DNA from: Tubulanus polymorphus
Lineage: Eukaryota; Animalia; Nemertea
NCBI RefSeq assembly: GCF_964204645.1
Contig: NC_134027.1
Location: forward strand, 1,892,485 to 1,956,484
Direction of reading: 5' to 3'
Length of the DNA stretch: 64,000 nt
In this document: positions 1-13,000 of the stretch, piece by piece
Position numbering within the stretch: the stretch's first letter is position 1
Layout of the letters: each line of letters opens with the position of its first letter
The notes under the pieces: generated by a model
Told to the model about the DNA's origin: nothing
The model's input: the letters and a program-made list of their open reading frames with translations, nothing else
The model's database searches: none
Position numbers and translations under genes: made by a program

Positions 1-1513
1 ATTTATTAGAAGAGACCAGCCCTAGTCCGATGATTCCTAATAATTCTGAACCGACAAAATCATCTGGTGGAGATTTATTAGATTTACTCGGTGATCTAGA
101 TCTCTCTGGTGGTAATTCAAGTGAGTATTGAATTTAAACAACAGTTGATGTTTTCGATGTATAACGCGGGAATCAAGGGCGGGGGGGTCAGGAATCGCGG
201 GCAGGGGGGTCAGGAATCGCAGGTTGGGGGGTCAGGAATCACGGGCAGGGGGGTCAGGAATCGCGGGGTGGGGGTCGCTGGAAGCATGAAACTAGATTTA
301 GGAATAATCGATGTTTAGTAAATGTCTACACGGTGTTAGTTTCATCTTATCACTAATAGGTGGAGTAGCTCCTGTTAATAATCTGCTCGATGGACTGGGT
401 AATGTGGCTCCGTTAATGAACACACAGCAGCCTATAGCGAACAATACTGGTACGTATTAATCACCCATCACTGCTCAGTGTTATATAGTTGTACTTACTC
501 AGGGTTTGTTGTGAGTCTGGCAAATTTTGAAAAGTGGTTCCCTTTGGAAAAATTTAGGATGGGTCCTGATTAATGCTTACTCAAAAGATCATGAAAATGC
601 TGAAAAGTAATTGTTTTTTTTTTTGGTCTATGGGACGATTGTGTCTACAAAATAAATTTTAGATTTGATAGCAAATTGCTTGTTCTTATTTTGTGGCTTG
701 ATGATTGTTTAAGAAAAATGCCAGGACCTCAGAAATAACCCTGATAGTGTTGATGTCGTTCTCTCTATCACTCAATTCATGTTTTACGCAAGTTTTGAAA
801 ACATTCATTAATTCTAAACTAGTTTGAATCTCGTATCGTTACAGGAATTCCAGATCTGTCGGCGTTTGATAAGAATGGTCTCGTTTTAACGCTGAAGTTT
901 GATAAGCCCGAACCAGGAAGCACGGTCATGTCGATGGTGATAGTTGCGACTAATAGTACGCCATATCCGATGACTGACTTTGTATTCCAAGCTGCAGTTC
1001 CTAAGGTGAGCGATGACTCGTCATATCAGTAATTCATTTAACACAACCTTCCGACTATCTGTGCTTCGATTTCTGATTTCGTATTCAAACCCCCTGTTTC
1101 ATTGCTGGCAGGTGTCGTGGGAAGGGACACAAAATGAAATGAAATGAAACTATTCCGTATTTTCAAGATAAAAAAAACAAGCTTCTTCACGGGCGTATTT
1201 GCTATTTTGTATTTCCAGTCATTCCAACTCCAGTTGATGTCACCGTCTGATAGTATAGTTCCTGCCAATTCATCTGGAGATGTTAAACAACCATTGAAAG
1301 TAAACAACACTAATAGGGTCGGTATCTATTTCACTGTTCGATGATTCATATAGCGATTCAACTCTGAAAGATTCTGAAATAAGAAATCGCGATATTTCTA
1401 TATTGTAGCAACCATTAAGAATGCGTATCAGGATGACGTACACTCATAACGGTTCATCCGTACAAGAACAAGGAGAAGTAAACAACTTTCCGCCGTCATT
1501 GTGGCAATCATGA
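1..1513 (+). CDS. AP1G1: AP-1 complex subunit gamma, 3' exons (hinge and gamma-adaptin ear); exons ~1-110, 360-449, 845-1005, 1219-1317, 1409-1513
   Basis: GT-AG exons splice in frame to GGDLLDLLG...[12 protein letters not shown]...[20 protein letters not shown]|[10 protein letters not shown]...|[15 protein letters not shown]...[12 protein letters not shown], matching the gamma-adaptin ear C-terminus. Confidence 0.92.
165..277 (+). repeat. G-rich ~21-bp minisatellite (GGGGGGTCAGGAATCGCGGGCA-like, ~5 copies) in an AP1G1 intron
   Basis: Tandem copies of GGGGGTCAGGAATC are directly visible. Confidence 0.85.
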
Positions 1514-4028
1514 TGATCACAGCTGAATTATAGAATCGAAATATTATAGAAACGATAAGAACTGTGCATGAAAGTAATTGTGCTTTACAAACATTCATAA
1601 CTAACAAACATTTGAGTTCTATGTCCAAATGAACACAACACACTGGTAGACTGAGTATGTGTGTATGTGTGTGTGCGTTACTCTATTCACTTGCGCTTGT
1701 GTGAATTTGCAAGCTTTACTCGCGTGAGATGATGATTTAAACTATCACCGCCGAGCAGAATATTACATCCATTCATTCATTTGTTTATTTGTTCATTAGT
1801 CCATATTAAATCTTACTGCAGCAGTGAATTGAGAGCATTGTCAAGCTGAAACGACTGTATGTAGAGTCTCTCTCCTTTCTCATCTCTCTCTTTCTTGTCA
1901 AGTGGGATTTGTATTATTTTCTGAGTACCGTTGATTTCAATTCGACTCATTATTGTCTCCTCTCGTTGCCAAAACAGTAAAATATATGTGATTCTATTGA
2001 ATAAGTTCAGTTGTAATTTGAGAGTGAATTGCTGCTCAAGATAATAATCGATAGTCCGCTCAGAATTTTCCCAAACCCGTAGATGCAGTTTTGTAATGGG
2101 AGTGAACTAGTCATGTATGCCTTACTCCTACTGAAATTATCATTTTCTATCAGACATTAGATGCAGTGATGGTTGTTGATAGCGAGGGACCTCTAGAAAA
2201 TTCATATGATTGAAATGTATGAATTGTGTGTGGATTTATTTCTGACGATATTTAGCTTCTTGTACATATCGCTTCGAATCTAAGATTTATCACTAATTAT
2301 GTACAAAATACCTATGAACATGTACATGTATGCATCATATATTTTGAATATACGACAAATGTAGTAGGTTAAGAAATAGTAAGTTCCAGTACAGGACTCA
2401 ATAACTCTGTATATTAAAGTGATCAATACTTGCTCATTGATTCAATTAATTGTAAACTTTTGCTTTCAATTTCGAAACAAATTCTAGAAGTTTGAAACGG
2501 AAGAGTTCGGCTTGCCGCCACGGGAGAACAATAATAACTTAATCACTCATAAGTAATCAAACGATGATTAAGGTGTTGATTGACAAAATTTTGATCGATC
2601 AGATTTGTCTAGTGATAGATGAATAATCAATCAAGTGCTATATTTAAATATGGCTTAGTCCAGCGCCTTTGATTTAGTTCAGTTAATTTAATGGTTTAGT
2701 TGATGAAGTGCCAAACTTTATTTCCTTGCCACAAATACGGAGACGTTTTAGTGTGTCGTTTGTAATCGTTCAAATATGGTGGTGACATTGATATACCGTA
2801 CATGCATACCACGTTATAATAGATATTAAATGCTGATTTATTTCGGCATCATAATTATTTGAAGAGATTGATTGATTGATTTCTATTGGTTTCATCTCTC
2901 TCATATTTACTCATTATGTTAGAATCGAACGATTGATGATAGATAATGGGTTATTATGCAAATTATGTATTGGTCCTTGGATCGATATAAACGGGATACT
3001 AGTTAAAAAATGATGTTAACTATTTGTGAATCCTTGAGTTAGATTACAGGGAGATAGATATATATTACATTCCAATATATAAGTTATATATAATATGATT
3101 CTTGCAAATTTAATGGTCAAAGAAAAAAGCGCCATGAAATGAATAATGAAATTAGGATAATTTTATTGAAAATCAGTTGATATAGATTCTATGATCTTCA
3201 CTGTGCTATGAATGATGTTTTGTATATTTTGACAGAAATGAAGTTGACAATCTTCAGCTGATTCCCTTGCATTGTGTTGCAGCCCTTCTCAAATGTGTTT
3301 GGTGTTTAAGGGCTAGTTTTTCGATAACCTTTTAAATTTTCCAGTGGATATTCAACTAGCGGTATACCGCTGGTATTTTTGCTTAACAATGTCATGTTGC
3401 CTTCTTTGATTATGCAGGTGTACATTAAATTAAGATTTACCCTGCAGTTTTAGGAACTGGAGTTTAATAAAACAGTTTTAATTAGATTTGTGTAAATGTA
3501 TGTATAAATTTTTGTACAGAAAAACTGTATTTGAAGTTTTTTCGCTGCTATTCAATGTTTGGGGTTTGCTGTCCTCCCCAAAATCGAAAGCCATTTATTT
3601 GTAGACTATGGAAAGATAAAGAACACAAATTATAATATAAATGTATTTAAAAATTGAAAACTGTCTCTTCTCGATTTCATTGTGATTTCCCATTTCCGAA
3701 GAAGTCCTCTTCTTATTCAGCCCACTATTGAAAATAGTGTGTAACAGATCTATGACTAAATTGTCAACAAGATATCACATCTTAAGTGGGTGAACCATTC
3801 ATGGAATGCCAGGCTAGACAGTCAACTGGAATAATCGAACATTGGAGGCGATACGAGATTAACTGATGATCTTCCCACAAACAATGAAAATATTGAACAT
3901 GACTTCTAATAAGATTATATTTTTATTTTATCATTTAAATACATCTATTGGAAACTAACAAAAAGCCACAAAAATACAGCTACAGAGCTAATATCGACGA
4001 GTAGATCGCTACTGTTATCTATTACATA

Positions 4029-6328
4029 TCATTTGTTAGTAAAATCGTAATTCAGAAGAAATCGACTGACTTCTTGACAAGCGGATTGAATATCTGGATA
4101 ACTGAACTGATATCCAGATTCTAATGTACGTTTAGGAAGCACTTTCTGTCCTTCCAGGATAACACGAGCGCGATCGGCTCCGAATACTGCTTTCATTACA
4201 AACTCTGGAACTGGGAAAAAAGCTGGTCTGGACATCGCACCTGCGAACGCTTTAGTGAATTGCTGATTAGTAACGGGGTTCGGAGCGACTCCGTTCAATA
4301 TTCCAGATACGTTTGTATTTTCTATCGCGTGTTGATATATGCCGGCAATATCGGCTATATGTATCCATGGAAACCATTGATTACCGCTGCCGATACGTCC
4401 ACCAAGACCGAAGAAAAATGGGAAATATGACCTTAAAATAACTCCACCTTCACGACCGAGAACAACACCTGCAAAAATATACAAGAAAGTTTAAATACAG
4501 GTAAGTTTTAGGAAATGGGAATTTTTTTTCAGGCTCTGGAAAAGCTATGGAAATGTTTTTTTTCTCTGCCTATGGAAAAGTATGGAATATCAGAAAATGG
4601 CCTCAAAATACTTTTTTCCAGCTGTTTTGAATTTAAGGCTATACACCTAAATGTCTTACTACACATTTGATAACAAACTTTATGAAATCACTTATAGTAT
4701 TGATAATTGGTACTTAAAATGGGTCTACATTGCTTGTTCTAGGTTGTTTTATTTAGGGGTATGGAAAATTTAAAATCTGGGTATGGAAAAAGAAATTACT
4801 ACAAACCCAGGTTTAAAACACCCAATATAATGAAGATTGGAGACACAGGACTCTGTTCCCCAGATTTGAATCAAGAATCATGAAATAATTTCTACTCTAA
4901 GTTAACTGTCAATCACAAGTGTGGAACCAGGACCTGATGTTTCAGGTAAAATACATTTACCATTCTTCAGGAAGATGGGTTGAAGCATTCTATCAAAAAC
5001 ATCAGAATTAACTAATTTTCAGTTATCAATCTTCAATATCAGGGGTCTCTCATAACGTCTTATCATTGCAGATATTAGAGATTATGACAGCGAACACTCA
5101 CCAACTCTAACTGTCACTTGTCTCACATCACCGATATTAGGTGGCAATTTTGCTGCATCTTCCCAATCTTTACACAACATTGAAAGAAAATCGAAGTTTC
5201 CACCTTCACTATCTTCAGTATATTCAGCTGTTTCGCTTGGTTCATAATAACCTGCATTTAATCAATACACATAATTACAGAGACCTGTATTAGAGACGGT
5301 TGTAGTTGGAACCATCATAATGTTGATGATTTAATATCCAAATTACGCCTTACACGAAGCAAATTGAATTGGAATTACAAATTTGCACTCAAATAGTGAC
5401 AATTTTCATCAGATTAATCTGGGCCCAGTTTCACAAAAAGGTTTAACTCTTAAATCGATTTAATTTCTTCATTATTTCAGTTTATCTTAAATCGATTTAG
5501 GCTTTAATCCTTTTTGTGAAACTGGGCCCTGCTGATGATGATTTAGGAGAGTTTGACTGTTAATTCCTACACCCACCAACAGCTGACGTTGATATGAAGA
5601 CTTCAGGTTTATTAGAAGATCGAATTATCGCATTAGTTAAAGTTTCAGTAGTCTGAACTCTACTGGTGTAAATTTCTTCTTTCAACTGTTCATTCCACCT
5701 GAAAAATTTGAATCCAATGATTATACATTAATTTCTAGACAATCACAAATTGACTTACTCAAGGGTTACATACCGTTTAAGTGGGTCTAATAAGTTTTGG
5801 CCAGCTAGGTTTATAACTGCTTTACAATCAGGAGGCAGTCCTTGACGGTCGAGCTGGGCCTGCGTTGAAAATATATAACAATTTAGAGTCAGTTTAACAA
5901 AAGCATCTCATCTGTCATATGGTAATGTTAGATTCATAAATCACTGACCCATGAAATAGAATTCCCGTGTGGCTGTCTTGAAATAGCTATCACATCATAA
6001 CCACTTTTTCGCAAAATTTGTGCTAAATGCCGTCCTATGAATCCAGTTCCGCCACCTGTGGGTTATTAAAAATAGATTTAACCATTTTAGAAAACAGGAC
6101 AAACATGGATCGGATGGTTTTGCTCGCTTCATAGTACGACCGGGGCAGGCTTACACAACAGTTTTCGAGCAGTTTCTCGCATGAAACAACATTAATGACT
6201 AAATCATTTCACAAGATATAATAAATAAAACATAATTAAAACATTCAAACTCTAGATCATTAATGAATCAGCGAGAAATAAAAGGAAAAACAAAGTTTAA
6301 CAATACCGATTAATATTTTGCTCGCCAT
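4029..6328 (-). CDS. SDR39U1: Epimerase family protein SDR39U1; exons ~6328-6307, 6056-5949, 5860-5774, 5698-5575, 5231-5102, 4468-4029
   Basis: Spliced translation MASKILIG|GGTGFIG (Rossmann motif), AVINLAG, GVVLGREGG, GSGNQWFPWIHIAD, GQKVLPKRTLESGYQF. Confidence 0.92.
5419..5531. mobile_element. Short MITE (PIF/Harbinger-like) in an SDR39U1 intron
   Basis: TIRs GGCCCAGTTTCACAAAAAGG ... CCTTTTTGTGAAACTGGGCC, with CTG on both sides. Confidence 0.7.
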
Positions 6329-7020
6329 ATTGTAACGTGCTGCCACCACCTCGATTGCCACAGGCCATTCCGTTCATTGTCAGGAACAGGCCTCGTACAA
6401 TAGACCTGGGACCGGTTGCATGTCATATGGCTTAGACTTAAGACCTGTCTAAGACCAACTTAGTTCTATAGCCAATCTAACAACTTAAGACCAGTCTTAA
6501 GATTTAAGACCACTATTGGACTTAAGTCACGACTGTGCAACTGAATCCAGAAATTTTAGTTAAAACAGATTCGCGAGCTTTGGCCGGCCAAGATCACCGG
6601 CCGGCCTGGCGCGGCACCTTCGGTTATCTGAGTTAGTCGACTAAGTTGAACTAAACGAAACCGAATGTCCGTTAGTCGAAACTATATTCCGGAAAGAGTT
6701 CGAAAATCAAGCGCATTCGGTTATTAGTTCCGACCACTAGTCGATTAGATAGATACGAAAACCGAATTTGGCCAGTGTGCGCGGGCGACCGCGGGAGCCA
6801 CGGCGTGCCGAAAACCAAGCACGGGCAAGTCCGGCACATGATTCCCGAGAGAGACCACACAGCGCCGCCTGGTGCGTAAATCTAGCAACCGCCAATTTCA
6901 AATTAACTTCCGGGTTCGGTTTGATATTTTTGTGAAGGTGTGTTTTTTAACCGTTTTTGGCTCCCTGAAGTAGTCAGTGTGGCTTTTAAAACAGTTAACA
7001 TATAAAGAGGTGTTCAAACG
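6329..7020. promoter_or_regulatory. Divergent promoter region between SDR39U1 and ANLN
   Basis: Start codons ~690 bp apart and divergent; CpG-rich core; CCAAT followed by CHR-like TTTCAAA near 6893-6902. Confidence 0.6.
6406..6550. mobile_element. ~140-bp MITE, 'TTAAGACC' family (other copies ~54678-54808, 57215-57355, 59227-59495, 59320-59461)
   Basis: Imperfect TIRs (GGGACCGGTTGCA...TGCAACTGAATCC); interior nearly identical to 59320-59461. Confidence 0.75.
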
Positions 7021-10000
7021 ATGGATCCTTTTACACAGGTAAATAGATGGTTTTAAATTTAACTTACGCAATGGCAATAATAATGCAAGATTTATCACAC
7101 CCACCCAGCACAGTGTCTGTCACTCACTGAGCAGTCTGCCGTCTGGTCTGACAAGTGGAATGGATGGACGGAACGGGTCACTTCTTCATTCATTTTTCGA
7201 AGTGGATATTTAACCATATACGGCAAAGTAATTACTTCTGCTATTTTACCGTACATCATTACTATACAACACTAATAAAAATAACAATAAAATCATTTTA
7301 TTGGGTTTATGGATAGGGTTCCGATGGGTTAGGGTCTAAAGGACCCAGGGATAGGGTCCGTTTTAAGGGATAGGATTAGGGAGGTACTATATCTAGTTAA
7401 AACATTCGGTGTGTTTTCAGCTAGCTCGGTGGTCTAGTGGTATGATGCTGGGCTCGTAATCTACTACTAGCCCGGGTTCAAGTCTCGTTCTATCCGCTCT
7501 ATTTTCTCTAACTCTGTTCTCCACACTTTCCTTGGATTTGCCGAGTCGTGCAGTGCGCATGCGCGGCGTAAATCAGCCAATCAGCGACGATGTAGGGTAA
7601 AATAGCAGAAATAAACACTCAGCCGTATACAGTAAAATATCCACTACATTCATCTGTCTTTTAAAGTTCTTATCTCGTCTCTTGTTCAGCCTTCTCTCAC
7701 AGTGTAATTAATGTGAAAATTGCAACTCATCAACAATATTTTTTGACTTTTTTCGCCTTCTTCAATCATATAATATAATCATTATTCATAGAAAATGTTG
7801 GAGCGGACAAGGCAACGCAGGGAAGCGTTAGCGAAGAAGATGGCTGCTTCATCATCGGTACCAGCGCCAGTGACATCTCCACCAAACCCAGCAACGCAAC
7901 AATCGCGCATGAAGAGACCATCTCCTTTAACTGAAAATACTTCTCATAACATTCAATCTGAAGGTAAAATATAATAAATTTATGTATGATGTAAATGAAT
8001 AAATAACTGATAAATCTGAGGATGTCGACTTCATCGTTTGCAGGAGATACACCGTTGAAACGGCAGTGTTTAAGAGTGACTGAATTGGATATAAAACCTG
8101 ATACACCAGCGATTCCAAGTGTCGCATCACGCATCAAAAACATTAATACTCAATCATCATCTGCTGGTAAGTATCATTCCTATACACTACACCTAAATGA
8201 TGTTTAATGAAATTAGGTTTTTTTTTACACCACATAAAATCTGTGCTATTAAGGGCGATATAGAGCTAAGCGTTGAATTCATAATTAATTATCTTGTTTC
8301 AATATCATTGTCAATGTTTGATAGGTGAAGTGTTAGGGAAACAGTCTGGATGTAGAGACCGACTCGCAGCTTTAGCTAAAGATATTAACAGTTGGGAAGA
8401 TGATTTGTCTCATCATTCGTTAAAGTAAGATTTTTCATTGATTTGAATCAAAAGTTTTAAGTCTAATGTTTGAATTAGAGTGTTGCATTTCTCCATCAGT
8501 ACTAAACACAGAACTATTGATTAAATGTTTCAGACTGAAAGAAGAAATTCAAGCTAAAAAGTCCCCCAAAAAGATGTGGAAACCTCCATCACCTCTGAAT
8601 TCACCTCTGACGCAGGATGAGTTGAGAGGATCGAAATCCCCGCGAGTTGAACCGTGGAAATCACCGGTTAAATCATCCCCAGTTCCGAGTAAATCACCAT
8701 CCAGGTTGAAAACACCGATTAAATCGACAGAAAATGATCCCGTATCGACGCCGAAGTCTCCCGGTCGTCGATCACCTCTTATTAATTCTTCGCCGAAGCC
8801 GTTTGTGAAAGGTTTTACCGGTTGTTCTCCGGTTAAAAACGTCAAATTCAACCCAACGGTCGACGATTCACCTTCGAAATCTCCGTTTAAAACATCGCCG
8901 GCTCGGACAATTCTCCGTAGTCATTCACCCGCTAAAACATCGTTCGACAAAATCCAAGAAGAAGACGAGCATCACCTCACTGATTCACCCGGTCCTTCGA
9001 AACCACCGAGGACATTCGCTTACCGCAAGGCTCCAGCACCGCCACCTGGTAGAGAACGGTTCGTATCACCGGAGAAATCAGCTGCACCAGCCAGCCCATC
9101 GAGGATACACGTATCCAGCCCATCAACTCATCTCGTGAATAGCGATCAGAAAAAATCGCGCAGGCAATCGTTTGAACCGACAAATCAACCGGTTAGCGCT
9201 CGAAAGGGGATGTGGGAACAACGAGCGAAACAGAATCCGGGAGCGAAATCACCGTGTATGACATCAACCAAGACGACAGCGATCACTCCGACTAAATCAC
9301 CACGATCAAACAACGATGAAATAACCGATCAACCCGTATCAGCTCGCATGGCTGCCTGGCAACGGAAAACCGATAAACCTACAGTTACACCGCAGAAGAG
9401 TTTCAAAGAGGCGATCGCTGACCGCGCGAGACTATTCCAAGATCGGTCGGCGAGTAAACAGTCGCCTACCGCGGGACCGGATACTGTTACACCGGCGGGC
9501 AATAGACCTCCAATAGGAAACCAGACTAAAGCTTTACAGCAGCAGATTCTACAACAGTTTCGCGAAGAGAAACGAGAAAATGAGATCGGCGAGAAAACGA
9601 AGAGAGAAAGAGAGGCCGATCTGGCGGTGGTTAAAAACCGCTGGAAAGATGGGATCATTCACACTACACCTCAGGAAAACCAAATCAAGGTATAGTGAAA
9701 TCCGCAGCCAGGGTTCTTTCGGGTTTTGGAAAACTACATAGGTTGATAGAATCTTTATGACAACACTTTGTCTATGGAATTGATAATTGGTGCTTGTAGA
9801 CTTTGAATGGGCCTACGTGTAACTCAGGGGTATGAAAAATTTATACTGGGGATGAAAAATGAAATTGAACCTCCAAGAATCCTGAAGTTGCCGCTGAGTC
9901 TAGTTTGGACGATAATTGTTGCAAACTTGATCCTAACAATGACTCGAAGTTTGACTATAGCTATTCATAGATACGTTATTGAATCGTTATATTTTGTAGA

Positions 10001-13000
10001 AGAAATTCATGGATGATGAGAGTAGTTCAGATGAAGATGAATATCGTCAACCGCCTCAGAAACGAGCAGTCGTACAAAAACCAGCCATCAATAAACGTGA
10101 ACAGAACAGACAGAAAATACGAGATGGTAAATATAGATCCACATTCAAAAATATTTATCACTTTGAACTTTCGAGTCCAGTCAAATAGGTTGTTCTTTTG
10201 TGAGCTGACTTATTTCTTGCTTACGTAGAGTGTGATATGGAGTTAGATGAAAAATCGAGTGAATTGTGTGAGGATGATTGTGATTTATCAGTAACAGATA
10301 AACTCTGTCTTCCTGCTGTCAGATCATCAGATATCGATATTCTGACGGTTGATACAAATACTGATGAAACTGTTAATTCAGCATCTGTTGTGACTGATGC
10401 TGTTAATTCAGCACCTGTTGTGACTGATGCAATAGCTATGAATTCAATGACTGATTCTAACAGTGCCGATAGCACAATTATCATTGATGAGCTTGAAACA
10501 ACTGTTACTGATAATCACAATACTGACGATCTTCAAGAAGGAAGCAAGTAGATTTAGATTATAAAGAATTTGAAGTCTTTGTTGCATATTTGAGTCGTAT
10601 TCAACGCTGTGTTCATCATGTTTTGCATATTCCTGTTTTGTTCAAAAAGAATTTGTTTTCCCTGCTTTTTGTTGCATATTTCAGTTTATGAATTGTGCGC
10701 GTTATAAAACGTGCAGTTTTAACTGCTACGTTGTATATCGCTCACCAGTGGTCTTTCATAACTTTTGTATCCTAACAGAGACTAGCGTCAAAATATTCCG
10801 CAATGACAACACATTTATGCTTATTGAAAGCATTAGTTTGAATGATGATACAGATATTTACGAGCATGTTTCTGTATTATGTCCAGTCAGTGAATGAGGG
10901 ATTCGATCACGGATTAGTTCAGATGATCCAGCACGTCGGTATCGGCTTATTTCCAAATCTACATTTCTATTCGTTCGCAAGTAGCATGACGATGTATCGG
11001 TTGATAAAGTCAAATAATCCTGAAAATATCATTAAAATGTATTGGAAATCTGTGCACGCACTTCTTCACTGCTTCTATTCATATACATCTTGTGGTAATC
11101 ACTAATAGGGTGCTCAGTAAAAAGCCAAATGGAAGAAATACCCGATGTAAAGATCCTCCCTCCCTGGTATTAAATACTCCCCCCACGGAGGAAATACCCC
11201 AATTTCCATTGAATTTTTCCATTGCATGTTTTTTAACGCAGGGGAAATTTTATCTCGGGGATTATTCCGTAAGGGCCTTTTACCGGCAACCAGTTATGGT
11301 GAAGAGTTATGAATGTTTCCACAACTCGACGATGAAGATGTTAGCGATTTTGTTTTGATAAAATCATTCTATCGTTTTCAGATTTTGAAATGAAACTCGG
11401 AGCTATGGGTTTTGAGGTGTGTGACAACGCGACCAGCAGCACTCCGAAATCTCATAATCGTCACGAGAGCGAGAACAGTCCGCTGACAACCTCCAGAATC
11501 AATCCATCCGTCGCTTCTAAAGTTCGACATCAAAGCGAATCGGCCACGAGACACTATTCCCTACAGAATAACGCTTCCGATGGAGATGATGTAAACAGGG
11601 ATCGAAGGCGGGAAGCTAATGAAGATATGGAAAAGGCCAGAAAACAGTTAGAAAATGAACAGCAAAGAAATTCCGTGGATAATGAGGGCGGATATAGCGT
11701 ACGAGCTGGAAAAATGAAGAGATACAGCAGCAACGGCGGTCGAGCAAATTCTGCTCGTCGAGACGAAGATAAAGACATTGATACAACTGAATCTAAACAT
11801 ACGGTGATTAATGACGACGTTCGATGTCAAACTACGGTTACTGTCGATAACGACGAACGGGCTCGTACTATAACGATCGAACGACAAATCAGTCTGAAAG
11901 ACAAACAACGAGACGATCAACAAACGTCGATGATGATGGAAGTCGAAAGCGATTTTACCGACGAAGAAATCAATCATCGCGTGAAATGCGACGCTAACGG
12001 CTGGGCTCTGTCGGATACTAACGCAGACGATACGTTATCGCAGGAAGACTTACGAATGGCGACGTCTCCGCAAGACGGCGGCATCTGGAAGGCGTTGGAA
12101 ACTCGTTTCGAACATTACAGACAAACGCCGCAATCGTCGTACAGCTCTTACTACACGGAGAACAGTGACCGCACGAGTCTTAACGACGCGCCTCAAACTG
12201 AAACTGATAATTACGACGGCGATGATGACTCGGTCGAGGGAGACGACGATATCTACGCCGAAATGGATGATCTGTTGGAGGAAGATGAAGATGACGATGA
12301 GAATGATGGAGATGAAAGCGTTGTTAAACCGGTGATTAAACCTGCCAGGGTAAGCTTTCTTCTATTTTTGAAATATCGGTCAAAATTCACTCGTTGTAAT
12401 AATGCAGAACTGGTGGAACTGATATTCTTAACATCGATCCATCTTTTCGGGCGAATTTTACAGAAATCGAACAGTGGGCGTCTAAGAGACCTCCCTCCAG
12501 CAGCCTCCGCATCTAAACGATCTGACGCATCTCCGATGGTTTATAGCATTGAAATGTATCGATCAAACAGGTAAAAAATACTGTAGAATTCACGGAATAA
12601 TCAAAGTTTTATTTTGTAAATAGGAAGATTTTCCTTTTAAATCGTGTGTTGTTTTGACAGATATGCCAATAAAAACCAACCAGCTCCGAAGATCACCGTG
12701 GTTAGACGTGGTGAACATTCAACGCATGAGAGTTACGAAGATCTACCGTACATCCCTGAGACGAAGATAAAACACAGAATACAAGTAGGTTTACCTAACC
12801 TTCTAATGAAACCGTCTGTCCATGTTGTACGGATACAGAGTGGCCACTGACGTAGAAAACTTGGAAAACTCAGGGAATCGGAAAACTTTGGAAATTGGAT
12901 ATGTTATATGTTCTTCATCAAATATGCGATTCATGAAAAATGAACAAACCGTAACATTTTAGACCTTGTAATTCGTCATAGAGATTTGAGTTGTGTGTTG

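Noticed and set aside
7423-7495. Functional tRNA gene
   Set aside because: Acceptor and anticodon stems do not pair and it lies inside a TIR element, so it is called a derivative only
8549-11977. Antisense ORFs over large anillin exons
   Set aside because: Shadow frames of real coding exons with no independent motifs
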